From the NCBI RefSeq assembly GCF_963921235.1, contig NC_086108.1:107634001-107698000 (forward strand): DNA of 64,000 nt, given 5' to 3'. The number at the start of each line of letters is the position of its first letter. Position 1 is the first letter of the stretch. The DNA comes from Mobula hypostoma. Lineage: Eukaryota. Below, piece by piece: positions 49,668 to 62,199 of the stretch. The position numbers and the translations under genes are program-made. The notes beneath the pieces are model-generated. The model was not told where the DNA came from. It ran no database searches and saw nothing but the letters and a program-made list of their open reading frames with translations.

Positions 49668-50953
49668 AGTGACTTTGGGATGATACCAGTTGTAGATATT
49701 ACTATTGGGACACTGTATATCCTGCTCATGTTCCAAAGTCTTTCAACTTCCTCTGGTGTTTTTTGCTTACTGATTTCTATTTGTTATGTGTGTTTGGAAT
49801 AGCTCTATCTATAAGTAAGTTGTTCTTGCTTGTTTATCCTGTAATATTATACCCAGATGGTTATTATGGATTGTTCTATCTGTAATATAATTTGTGGGAC
49901 TCTGACTCTAAAACTGTTTATAGCAAGGTATGAAACCTTTTATGAGTTTATATTTTAAAGCAAGATTTTGGTGAATGATGTTTGCCTCTTGATTGTGCCT
50001 GTGCAAGTAATCAGATTGTGTTAAACCACTCATTATTACTTTTGTTTTTTTCCCAGCTCAAGCTGGTAAAACCTGAGGTACGGGCATATCCAAGCACACT
50101 CATTTCTCAATTGCTAAGAACTTTTGGATTATTCTAGTGTTGTTTAGAAACATAGAAAACCCACAGCACAATACAAGCCCTTCAGCCCACAAAGTTGTGC
50201 CGAACATGTCCCTAACTTAGCAATTACTAGGGTTACCCATAGCTCTCTATTTTTCTAAGCTCCATGTCCCTATCCAAAAGTCCCTTAAAAGTACCTATCG
50301 TATCTGCCTCCACCACCGTTGCCAGCAGCCCATTCCATGCACTCACCACTCTCTGCGTAAAAAACTTACCCCTGACATCTCCTCTGTACCTACTCCCCAG
50401 CATCTTAAGCCTGTGCCCTCTTGTGGCAACCATTTCAGCCCTGGGAAAAAGCCTCTGACTGTCTACACAATCAATGTCTCTCATCCTCAATCCAGGTAAC
50501 ATCCTTGTAAATCTCCTCTCCACCCTTTCTATGGTTTCCACTGTGGAAAGTATATCTAGTGCTGTGACTTTCTGGAGTTGTAGATATTACTATTGGGACA
50601 ATCTATACCCTGTTCATGTTCCATAGTCTTTCAATTTCCTCTTTTAATTCAGTGTTTTTTACTTACTAATTTCTGAATGTTATGTATGTTTGAAATGGCT
50701 CTATCTATTAACTAAGTTGTTCTTGCCTGCGTATCCTGTAATATTATATCCTGACTTATTGTGGATTGTCTTATCTGTAACAATGGGTCAATTGTAGTAT
50801 AATTTGTAGGATTCTAACTCTAAGGCTGAATCAGGCTTGTGTTTATAGTAAGGTATGGTGTCTTTAATGAGTTTGTATTTTAGAGCAAGAATCAAGTTTG
50901 CCACTTGATTGTGCCTGTGCAAGTAATCAGATTATGTTAAACTGCTCATTATT
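49668..50953. repeat. two diverged direct copies of an unclassified unit of about 380 bp, separated by a CR1 insertion
   Basis: 49668-50037 aligns with 50564-50953; CR1 3' fragment at 50146-50542. Confidence 0.85.
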
Positions 50954-52099
50954 ATTATTATTATTACACACTGGTTGCTTGTATTGTTGGACGTAGTCTT
51001 TCATTGATTCTATTGTGTTTCTGTGTACTTACCTTGAAAACACACAAGAAAATGAATCTCAGGGTAGTGCATGGTGACGTATATGTACTTTGATAATAAA
51101 TTTACTCTGAACTTTTTGAGCTGTGCCACCGTGTTACCCGTAACTCCTTACAGACAAGGGTGGGAATTGAAACTGGGTCACTGGCACAGTAATAGCATTA
51201 CATAAACGCCACTGTGCCACCCCCAGAATCTCTGCAAAGATTTAGGAAGAATGATAGCGAATGTGAAATAATATTAAGCACATTTGATAATGAACAGAGC
51301 ACAGTCACATAACCCCTCAAACAGTAAAAGCTCCTGTATTCTTGTCAAGTGATTTGAAATTAACTGTTAGAAGTTGATGAAGGCATGGTGACAAATGATA
51401 AAATCCCCAAGTATTGTGTAACGTCAGCGAGGTTTGTAGTTTTGATTTTAATTAAATTTTAATATAATTTAAATCCTTTGATTTCCATTTTTTAATATTC
51501 TGATAATACATTATTTGTATTTAATTGACTGAATCTTTGAAATTGCCTTCAGTGAGCCAGATTTCAATGGGGCCAATTATATGAAGATATCATGGCATCT
51601 AATTAGATTTGAAGTGGGTTTCATGTTGGTCCTCTAACTTTGTTTACTCATTAAATTAACCTGTTTGCACTTGTTGCATTCTTCACTGGCTTTTTTTGAC
51701 TCTCTTTCATTCTCTCCCCTTCTCCCAAGTTATTGTTTCCTTTTCTTTCCGAATGTTTTGAAGACGTTATTTCTTACGAGGAGGTTCACAGATGTCTTCC
51801 TTTGCTCTGTCAAGGTTGCCATTTCCTGCTAAAAAAAATACCGGCAATTTTCATCCTCGGTTACAGTACACACAAAACCCAGAGTCAGAGAGAAATGCAA
51901 TGCAGAAACAGGCCCTTCGGCCCACCAAGTTCATGCTGACCACCATGCACCCATTAATCCCACATTCCAATGAACCCCTTCCCCCCTCACCTCTGCCACA
52001 GGTTCTAACACATTTCTGCACACCAGGCGTAATGTACAGTATTTAGTTAACATACCAGTGTACAAAGAGTGGGAGCAAACCAGAGCGTAAGACCCAAGT

Positions 52100-52985
52100 C
52101 CATAAAACCATATGACAAAGGTCCAGAATTAGGCCATTCAGCCTATTCCATCATGGTGGATTTATTAACCCTCTCAACCCCACTCTCCTGCCTTCTCCCT
52201 GTAACCTCTGACACTCTTCCTAATCAAGGATCTATCAATATCCGCTTTAAATATCACCAGTGATAGCCTCCACAGCCATCTATATCATTGAGTTCCACAG
52301 ATCTGCCAGCCTCTCGCTAAAGAAATTCTTCCTCTTCTCTGTTCTGAAGGGACATCCTTGTAGTCTGAGGCTATGCCCTCTGATCTTAGACTCTCCAAGT
52401 GTAGGAAACATCCTCTCCACATCCACTCCATCTAGGCCTTTCGATTTTTGAGGTTTCAGTGAGATCCCCCCCCCATTCTAAACTCCAGGGACACACAAGC
52501 CCTGACCATGAAGTAGGCCTCCCATGTTAATCCTTTCACTCCCAGAATCATTCTCGTGAACCTCCTCTAAACCAGCACATCCTTTTTTAGATAAGGGGCC
52601 CAAAATTTCTCACACTACTCCAGGCATGATCTGACCAATGCCTTATAAAGCCTCAACATTACACCTTTGCTTTTATATTCTTGTGCTTTAGAAATTAATG
52701 CTAACGTCACATTTGCCTTCCTTAGAACTGACTCAATTGGCAAGTTAACCTTCAGGCATTCCTACACGAGGACTCACAAAACCCTTTAAACCTCTGATTT
52801 CTGAATTTTCTTCTCGTCTAGAAAATAGTCTATGCCTTTATTCCTTCTACCAAAGTGCATGACCATACACTTCCCTATACTATATTCCACCTGAAACTTC
52901 TTTGCCAGTTCTCTTAAGATGTCCAAGTCCTTTGCAGACTCAACATTACCTCTGTATCATCCACCAATCTGGCCACAGAGCTAAT
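52100..52985 (-). mobile_element. degenerate CR1 3' fragment
   Basis: similarity to other CR1 copies in the window. Confidence 0.85.
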
Positions 52986-53277
52986 TCACCCACACAGATT
53001 ACAGATTATTGACATACCACCTACAAATTGCTTCCAGGCAGTGAAGACTTTGGGTAGAACTGAAAGCCGATCGGTGAACGCTTGCGCTGCAAAGCATTGC
53101 ACTAACTGCTACGCTAACATGCTGCCCCGTATTTCCAATATATGGAAATCCAACCTGGTTTACCACTTAGCATAACCCCCTGTCCCCAGTGGACATAAAG
53201 CATCGATCACCACAGCACATGGGCAGTTCAATGATCAAAGTAAATTTATTATTAAAGTACGTATATGTCACCATAAC

Positions 53278-53672
53278 CTCCAAGAGGACCACAAACTTGT
53301 CGGAGGGTTTGGAAGCTTGCGTGCCTCAATGACCTGGAAAGCTACGTTGGCTGGAGTCAGGGTCTTGTGCTTTGATTCTTGGTAGGGTTACCCATGCCAA
53401 ACAGGTCAAAGCATAGAGGCCAGACTAAAAGTGATCCACCAGTCCTCCAGGTTCAGGGCTTCCGTTCAGAGATAACAACCCTGACTGGTAAAACAAAATT
53501 GTTACTGAAACAGAATGAAGAATCCTACATCTGTCAGGAGGACGATATTCCTGAGTTTCCACCCAGGACTTTCATTACTGACTATAAACCAAGTGGAAGC
53601 TGACATAGTGAAGGAAGACTTGAACACCGCTAACAATGGAAGACCTTCATTGCTGCCTAAATGTCAGTGTCA
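53278..53672 (+). mobile_element. RTE (Expander/Rex3-like)-derived non-autonomous repeat
   Basis: GGTAGGGTTACCCATGCCAAACAGGTCAAAG...GGCCAGACTAA motif; paralog of 28076-28382. Confidence 0.6.
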
Positions 53673-54129
53673 GTGGAGAAGAAATATGTCACTGTATACA
53701 ACCCTGGGATTCATTTTCTTGTGGGCAATCACAGTAAGTGCAAGAAACACGATAGAATCAATGAAAGACCGTACCCCACCGTGTGAATAGCAGCCAATGT
53801 ACAAAATAAAACTAGCAAACTGTGCAAATACAAAAAGAAAGAGTAATAATAATATAATAATAAATTAATAAACAACCCATTTGAAGATTCCTTGAAAGTG
53901 AGTCCAGTTGAGTGGGGCAAGTGCAGTTGAGTGAAGTTATCCCTTCTGGTCCAAGAGCCAGATTTACAAACTTGCTCTCCACCCCATGGCGACAAATACA
54001 ACACTGTGCATTTCATCAGTACAAGGGAAAACAACGACAGGCTGGAGAGTATAATGGTACAGTGCTAAAGTGCAGTGCAGGCAGATTGTGAAGTCGAGAG
54101 GCCATGTCCATTTATCCGTAGTTTTATTT

Positions 54130-54390
54130 TAAATTTAATTTCAAGATACAGCACCAGGTAACAGGCCCTTTCAGCCCAATGAGTGCACGCTGCCCAATTA
54201 CACCCAAGTGACCAAGTAACCTGCAAACCCGTACGTCTTTGGAATGTGGAAGGAAACTGGAGCACCTGGAGGAAACCCATGCAGTCACTGTGAGAACGTA
54301 CAAACTCCTTAGAGACAGTGGCGGGATCGGAACCACGGTCACTAGCATTGTAATAGTGCTATGTTAACCACTACAATACTGTGCCATCCC
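54130..54390 (-). mobile_element. HE1/V-SINE
   Basis: V-domain and B-box GGTTCCGATCCC. Confidence 0.8.
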
Positions 54391-54754
54391 TGCTTATAAC
54401 AGCAGAATTAAAATTGTCCTTTAGTCTGGTTTCCTTGAGAGTGACCGACATAGGAGGGGGTCTTGGATTATGTTGGCTGAGTTCCCTGTGGGAACGATGG
54501 ACAGAGACCATGGCGGGGAGGCTGGTTTCTATGAAGTGCAGAGTTGTGGCCACAGTTCTCTGCAGTTTACTGAGTTGTGTCCACAATTCTCTACAGTTTA
54601 CTGCAGTTGTGGGCAGAGCAGTCACCAAACTATGATGCACCCAGAATGTCAAAGTTGTTCAGAGTCACCAAGTATGTGTCACATTTCTTTAAAAGGGAAG
54701 AGTAACTGCAAGCATAACAATGATTATAGAAACTGATCTCTGTGGAAGGCTCGG

Positions 54755-55132
54755 ATTCATGGTCTTCTGCTGCTGTAGCCCATCACTTCACAGTTCGATG
54801 CATTGTGTGTTCAGAGATGCTCTTCTGCACACCACTGTTGTAACATGTAGTTATTTGAGTTATTAGTGATCCATGACTTTAAAAAGCTTTGCAAACTCCT
54901 CTGCTCTTTTCTGCATGAAAATCCCAGGAGATCAGCGGGTTCTGAAATACTCGAACCATCCCATTTGGCACCTCTCTTGGATCACATTTCTTCCCCATTC
55001 TGATGTTTGGTCTGAACAACAACTGAACTTCTAGACCATGTCTACATGCTTTTATGCGTTGAGTTGCTGCCACATGATTTGTATTTACGAGCAGATGTAC
55101 AGGTGAACCTAATGAAGTGAGCACTGAGTGTA
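54755..55132 (-). mobile_element. Tc1-like non-autonomous element
   Basis: NIRMGKKCD; terminus CCTAATGAAGTGAGCACTGAGTGTA. Confidence 0.75.
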
Positions 55133-56119
55133 GACCATAGAACAATGCTGCACAGTATGGGCCAAAGAGAAAAGCCCCAGCTTGCATAGTCTATGCTCTC
55201 TGTTCCAGGCATCATCCTGTTAAATCTCATCTACACCCTCTCTAAAGCTTCCACATCCTTACTATAATGAAGCAACCAGATCTAAACACAAGGTGGGTTA
55301 ACTCCTGCTCTGCTTTTTCAGGAACCCCCCCCCCCCCCGCCTACACACAGAATCATCTGGCCACTCAGGCATGTTATATCAAGCAATTATCAAAAGAAGA
55401 AACGTGTTTAGTCATCTGTGCCTGAGGTGGACAAGGACAGTGAATGGGAGCTGCTTCCTGAAGGTTAAATGTTTGTTTTGCAGCGTACCATGCGTGTGAT
55501 TAATACAGCGAGAATGCTCAGGGGCTTTTGATCACAGGGAAACTGAATCCAGTTGGGATGCAGTTGACCCAAATTAGCATTGTCCCTGTCGTGGTCTGTC
55601 CTACCTAAAACAGCAAAAAGCAGGTGTTAGACGGGGATTTTAATTTAGATCAATGAGTGGCAGATAGTCAAACATCGGCAGCAAATATGAACATGTAGAG
55701 AGCATCTGTGCCTGAAGCAACTGCTGAGTTCATACCAAACAGAAAGATCGTTTTTTTTCTTTCAGATTTAACAGGATTTACACTCTTCATTGTAAAGTTC
55801 AGCATTCTTTTGAGGGGAGGTTTAAATTAGATAATGAGAAGCTTCATTAATTCATTTGTTTTGAACTTGTCCGTGTCTTGAAAAATATTGGAAGGAAGTT
55901 TTTCAAACTTTTTCTTTACTTTTCAAAGTCAATTTTAAGCCTAATCCTCTGACGGTCCTATTCGGTATTGTTGCAGGACAAGATATCAAGCTGAAGACAT
56001 CTGATTTATATATTTTGGCCGCAAACAACAGGAATTCTGCAGATGCTGGAAATTCAAGCAACACACATCAAAGTTGCTGGTGAACGCAGCAGGCCAAGCA
56101 GCATCTATAGGAAGAGGCG

Positions 56120-56157
56120 CAGTCGACGTTTCAGGCCGAGACCCTTCGTCAGGACTA
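56120..56157 (-). ncRNA. minimal type I hammerhead ribozyme motif
   Basis: TAGTC-CTGACGA-A-GGGTCTCGGCCT-GAAA-CG-TC-GACTG on the minus strand. Confidence 0.75.
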
Positions 56158-57054
56158 ACTGAAGGAAGAGTGAGTAAGGGATTTGAAAGCTGGAGGGGGA
56201 GGGGGAGATCCAAAATGATAGGAGAAGACAGGAGGGGGAGGGATAGAGCCGAGAGCTGGACAGGTGATAGGCAAAAGGGGATACGAGAGGATCATGGGAC
56301 AGGAGGTCCGGGAAGAAGGACAGGGTGGGGGGGTGACCCAGAGGATGGGCAAGAGGTATATTCAGAGGGACAGAGGGAGAAAAAGGAGAGTGAGAGAAAG
56401 AATGTGTGCATAAAAATGAGTTACGAGCGGGAGGTGGGGCCTAGCGGAAGTTAGAGAAGTCAATGTTCATGCCATCAGGTTGGAGGCTACCCAGACGGAA
56501 TATAAGGTGTTGTTCCTCCAACCTGAGTGTGGCTTCATCTTTACAGTAGAGGAGGCCGTGGATAGACATGTCAGAATGGGAATGGGATGTGTGGATAGAC
56601 ATGTCAGGAATGGGATCCCATTCCCATTCTGACATGTCTATCCACGGCCTCCTCTACTGTAAAGATGAAGCCACACTCAGGTTGGAGGAACAACACCTTA
56701 TATTCCGTCTGGGTAGCCTCCAACCTGATGGCATGAACATTGACTTCTCTAACTTCCACTAGGCCCCACCTCCCCCTCGTACCCCATCTGTTACTCATTT
56801 TTATGCACACATTCTTTCTCTCACTCTCCTTTTTCTCCCTCTGTCCCTCTGAATATACCTCTTGCCCATCCTCTGGGTCACCCCCCCCCCGTCTTTCTTC
56901 CCGGACCTCCTGTCCCATGATCCTCTCGTATCCCCTTTTGCCTATCACCTGTCCAGCTCTTGGCTCTATCCCTCCCCCTCCTGTCTTCTCCTATCATTTT
57001 GCATCTCCCCCTCCCCCTCCAGCTTTCAAATCCCTTACTCACTCTTCCTTCAGT

Positions 57055-57092
57055 TAGTCCTGACGAAGGGTCTCGGCCCGAAACGTCGACTG
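57055..57092 (+). ncRNA. minimal type I hammerhead ribozyme motif
   Basis: stem I TAGTC/GACTG, core CTGACGA, stem II GGGT-CTCG-GCCC, GAAA, CG mini stem III, predicted cleavage after TC at 57087. Confidence 0.8.
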
Positions 57093-58577
57093 CGCCTCTT
57101 CCTATAGATGCTGCTTGGCCTGCTGCGTTCACCAGCAACTTTGATGTGTGTTGCATATATTTTGGCCTTTAGCTCTCTTATAGCTAGAAGGACGCTTTTG
57201 TTTAAATGGAAAGATGTTTTTCCTCATATTCATGCTCAATGGTTATGCGACGTGATGTCATCCTTAGATTTAGAGAAGATTCGTTGTTCAATTTCTGAAT
57301 TTCGTCAAGACTTTCAAACATCATGGGGACCCTTTCTGAACTATTTTCAAAACTTTTAAAACCCTCAATTTGTTGCTTAAATTTAGATGTTGGCTATTAT
57401 TAATTTTTATTATACGAGAAAGTATTTTGCCCTTTTTACTCCTTAATAAACAGCTTCGGTCTTGGTAGGGATTAGATTCTTTTTTTGTAATAAATTAGTA
57501 TATTTCAATATAACTATTGACTGACCTACATGAATACGGGGTGATGAGATTGTTATTATGATTAGATACAAAGTAATTGGTAGTTTTTTTCTTATCACTT
57601 TTGACCTTTTATATGTACTTTCTTGTACTCTGTATTCTTCTATGTAGAAACTAATAAAAATATTGAAACAGATAATGGCACATCAACTGTTATCAAAGGC
57701 CTAACAAAGTGCATAAGTGCAGCGTGATGCTCTTTCAACTTGGAGAGCTAGAGTTCAAAGTTCAATTCTGGCGTCCTTTGTAAGGAGTTTGTACCTTCTT
57801 CCCCATAAACATGTGGGTTTCTTCCAAGTGCTCCGGTTTCCTCACGCATTCCAAAGACCTACCGGTTAGTAGATTAATCGGTCATTGGTGATTAGGCTAG
57901 AGTTAAATAGGTGGGTTGCTTATCTAGTTGGACCAGCGGACTATAAATAAAAAAAAGTTAAAAAAATCATGAGATGCATAGATAGTATGAATTATTCCCA
58001 GGGCTGTGCAATCAAAAAGTAGAGGGCAGAGATGTAAGTTGAGAGGGGAGTGATTTAAAATGGAGCTGAGAGGCAGCTTCCTTGGTGTGTACCTGGAAAG
58101 AGCTGCCTGAGGAAATAGTTGAGGCAGGTAGAATAACAACAGTTAAACATAGCTGGGAGGATCGTAGGGATCTCCCTACCATCTATCAGGGACGTTCATC
58201 ACGAGAGCTTCATGCGCAGGTATTACCAAGGATTCCACCCATCCATAACAGTATCCTCTTTGACTTTGTACCTTCAGGCAGGAGACTCCGATGCATAAAG
58301 ACAAGAACAGTCTGGATGGGAAACAGCTTCTTCCCTCAGGCCGTTAGGCTTCTGAACTCCCTGCCACATTGCATTCAAAGTGTCACCGGATAATTTGTGC
58401 TGGACCCTACAATTTGTGTGCATTGCTTTGTTTATCTATGTGTAATTCACTTGTAGATTTAATTCTTACTTTACTAAGTTATTGTGTGTTTATATATACT
58501 GCTGTGCTTTACACCCTGGTCCGGAGAAACATTATCTCGTTTGATTGTATATATATGTATGAGGATCTCAGTATTTT

Positions 58578-58760
58578 AGGCAACATCTATGGAGGGGAAT
58601 AAATGTCCAATGTTTCAGGATGAAACCCTTTATCTGGACCATCCCAAAATGTCAACTGTTTATTTCCCTCCATAGATGCTGCCTGATTTGCTGAGTTTCT
58701 CCAGCATTTTGTGAGTGTGTTGCTCAAGGTTCCCAGCATCTGCCGAATCGCTTGTGTTTA
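58578..58760. mobile_element. older Penelope-like fold-back remnant
   Basis: CATCTATGGAGGGGAATAAA is inverted relative to TTTATTTCCCTCCATAGATG; tail CCAGCATCTGCCGAATC. Confidence 0.7.
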
Positions 58761-61206
58761 TGATTTGTCGTTTCACGTACTGACCACTCTCTGCATAGAA
58801 AATGTTGCCCATCAGGTTCCTATTAAGTCTCTATCCTCTTGCTTTAAATCTTTGCCCTCTAATTTGTGATTCTCCAGCCCCGGGAAAAAGACAGTGGATT
58901 TACCCTTCTGATGGTCTTCCTGATTTTACACCTCTATATGAATACCTCACAGTCTCTCGAGAAAACGTCTGAGCCTATCCAATCTCTCCCTAAAACTCAG
59001 ACCCTCAGGACCTGGCAATATCCTCGTATACAGTGTATGTCCCATTGTTCCCTCTGAGCTGCACAGGCGCATGGCCGTGTAGTAACTGAAATGCTCCTGT
59101 GCACATAGCCTTTGTTGCTGCACAGCTGGAACCGAACATAATACTCAAGGTGTGGTCTCACCAACATTTTGTACAACTGCTCTTTAATCTTACAAATCCT
59201 AAATTCAACCCGTTTCACCCTATATTTGCTTCTCATAATTAGTCTAAAGTCTTACAGCGCAGAAACAGGCCCTTCAGCCCATCAAACCCTATACTGCCCA
59301 TTGTACCAATCCATACTAACCTGTTCACATGTATTAGGCCTGTTGTTTGTCCGTCAAGCCAGTTCTTCTCTCATTTTCCATTCCTCATTCTGGTAAGCTT
59401 CTCACCTCTTCTCTTTTCCCTCACCCTCATGACCTGCCCGTAACTTCCCTCTGGTTCCCATCTTCCTTCTCTTTCTTCCATGGTCCATTGTTCTCTCCTA
59501 TCAGATTCTGCCTATACCTCTTCCATCTATCACCCCTCCACACCCCCAACCACCACTACTTTATCATTTCCTGTCAGTCACCTTATGTACAGACACTCCT
59601 GTGCCTAGCGTCACTTTATGGACATACGAACAACCTATGTATATAAGCTGTCTTATGTATTTATATTTATTGTGCTTTTTTATTTTTATGTTCTTTATCT
59701 TATTGTATTTTTTGTGCTGTATCGGATCTGGTAATAATTACTTCGTTCTCATTTACACTTGTGTACTGGAAATGACACCAAACAATCTTGAATCCCAACT
59801 TCTTACATCGTCATCTCTTCCACACTCACCACCCTTCCCCCTCACCAATCAGCTGCCAGCGTGTATTCCTTTCCTTCTCTGTCCTTCTGGCTAATGCCCC
59901 TTCCTTTCCAGTCCTGAAGAGGGGTCTTGGGTTGAAACATCAATTGTTTATTCCCCTCCGTAGATGCTGCCTGGCCTGCTGAGTTCCTTCAATGATGTTT
60001 GTGTGTTGAGAAAGTAATTTCTGCAAAGGTCACCTTATTTTCCATGTATGTTGGGCTTCTTTCTGTACCTGGCCTTCATCCTACGTCCATATCGCTGGCC
60101 TTTCAAATACAGAGCAGAGACCATACTCCTCCATAGATGCTGCCTGACCTCCAACATTTTGTGTGTGATGCTCCAGATTTCCAGCAGCTGCAGAATCTCT
60201 TGTGTCTGTGAGCTTTAATGCCTTGGCAATTGGAATAAATTGTCTATGGGAGGAATCCTCGCAAATATTCAGGCCATTTTCCACCCAGCATCCACATTTA
60301 GTCAGACCAAAGGAAGAACGAGTTTATGTTTTGTCACCCTGTGGTGATAATGCCTCTGTTCTGTGCGGTCTGACCCAATCAGAATCACGTTTAACATCAT
60401 TGGCATATGTTGTGAAATTTGTTGTTTCGCGGCAGTATTACAAGGCAATACAAAGCAATTTTTAAAAACTAGAACTTGCAATGAGAAATATATAGTAAAA
60501 ATTAAATTAAATGAGTAGTGCAAAAAGAAAGCAAAAAATAGAGTGAGGCAGTGTGCATGGGTTCATTGTCCGTATAGAAATCTCATGGTAGAGGGGGAAG
60601 AAGCTCATTGTGAAACATTGCAATGGCTGAGAGTAATTGCCTTGCCAACAGGGTTGAACTGTATTTATGAGAGTCACATTAGTGTTTGTGACATTACTAA
60701 ATTCTGCAGATTATATGTGATTTGTTTTACAAACAACTAACTATTTCTGCCAAGTAGTTCTAGCCGATTAGAACATGCATATTTAGCCCAGGGGCTGTTT
60801 CCAAATACTAATAATAAGCTCATTAACCTGTTAATCGAAGCGAAGCCGGTCGTAGCAAATTGATTATTTTCTGACTTGCCAACTGTATGGATTTATCTGA
60901 AAGTCTGTGGGTTTTCTAGAAAGCTCTGTACACTTAGAGGCCACCGGAAAGCTCAAGGTAAAAAGGCTTCTCAAGAACTTGCTTGGTTTTAGTTTTATTT
61001 ATTTTAATTTGAGATAAAGCATGGAACAGGCTCTTCTGACACAATGAGCTGCATCGCCCAGCAATTCACCTATTTAACCCTATTTACAATGACCAACTAA
61101 CCTACCCACTGGTATATCTTTGGACTGTGGGAGAAACTGGATCACCCAGACGAAACACATGCGCTCATGGGAAGAACGTATAATCTTTTTTATGGTAACC
61201 GCTGGA

Positions 61207-61692
61207 ATTGCATCTCAGTGTGGTATGGCAATTGTCCCATATCGGACCGCAAAGCACTCCAGCGGGTGGTGAAAACTGCCCAGCGGATTATCAGCTCCCA
61301 ATTGCCCACCATTGAGAACATCTACCATAAATGCTGCCTGGGCAGGGCGAAAAGCATTATCAGGGATGCATCTTACCCTAACCATGGACTTTTTACTCTC
61401 CTCCCATCCAGTAGGCACTATAGGAGCCTCCGCTCCCGCACCAGCAGGCACAGGAAGAGCTTCTTCCCTGAGGCTGTGACCCTGCTGAACCTCACATCAC
61501 AGCACTAAGCAGTATTGCACCCATATTGTACTGTCTCAGTACTTTTATATTTGTGTGTTGTAGCACTTTTTTATTCGCAGTTATTTTGTAAATAACACTT
61601 AGCTTTGCATTTCTGGTCAGATGCTAAATGCATTTCATTGGCTTTGTATGTGTACTCGGTACAATGACAATAAAGTTGAATCTAATCTAATT
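61207..61692 (+). mobile_element. Rex1/Babar 3' end nested in a V-SINE
   Basis: CISVWYGNC...RKALQRVVKTAQRII...LLPS.R.YRS.R.RTSR...SFFPEAV; AATAAAGTTGAATCTAATCTAA tail. Confidence 0.9.
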
Positions 61693-62199
61693 GAACTCTG
61701 AACTGTAATAATGTTGCGCTAACCACGATGCTAATGTTGAGTCTGCTCTGCCATTTCATCAAGGCCGATCTAACACCCTAGCTGTTGCGGTGTAAAACTG
61801 ATTGGTTGGACAAGGCTTTCTACACTCGTTCTTCGTGTGACCTCTCATGTATTCTTTGTAGAGGTTTTGTAAGCTCCCCATCATAAACAATGTGCAGGAC
61901 AAGATTTTCACTAGATATTGATACATGTGACAATTATAATCCAATTCCTATATATACAAGAAACCTGTGCAGATATGTTTTATTATATGTAAGACCAGAG
62001 GATGATAGGCTCTTGATTAGTCAGGGCATGAATGGATACGGGGAGAAGGCAGGAGACTGGGGCTGAGAGGAGAAATAGATCGGCGGTGATGAAATGGCAG
62101 AGCAGACCCAATGGTCCAAATGGCCTAATACAGCTCCTATATCTTTCTGGTCTTATTATCTTATGTAACATTATCACAGAGTTATAGAGTCATAGAACA

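Larger units (their letters stand above)
56021..57154. mobile_element. Penelope-like (Neptune-type) element as a 1.1-kb inverted repeat with GIY-YIG C-terminus
   Basis: SHSHSDMSIHGLLYCKDEATLRLEEQHLIFRLGSLQPDGMNIDF encoded on both strands; arms about 56058-56590 and 56617-57154; 13-bp TSD ATATATTTTGGCC (56008-56020 / 57155-57167). Confidence 0.93.
55835..57668 (+). mobile_element. L1-clade LINE ORF2 C-terminus and 3' UTR, split by a Penelope-like insertion
   Basis: PNPLTVLFGIV...DLYILA before the insertion continues as FSSLIARRTLLFKWK...WL...LEKIR...F...WGPFLNYF after it; AATAAA and A-rich end near 57655. Confidence 0.8.
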
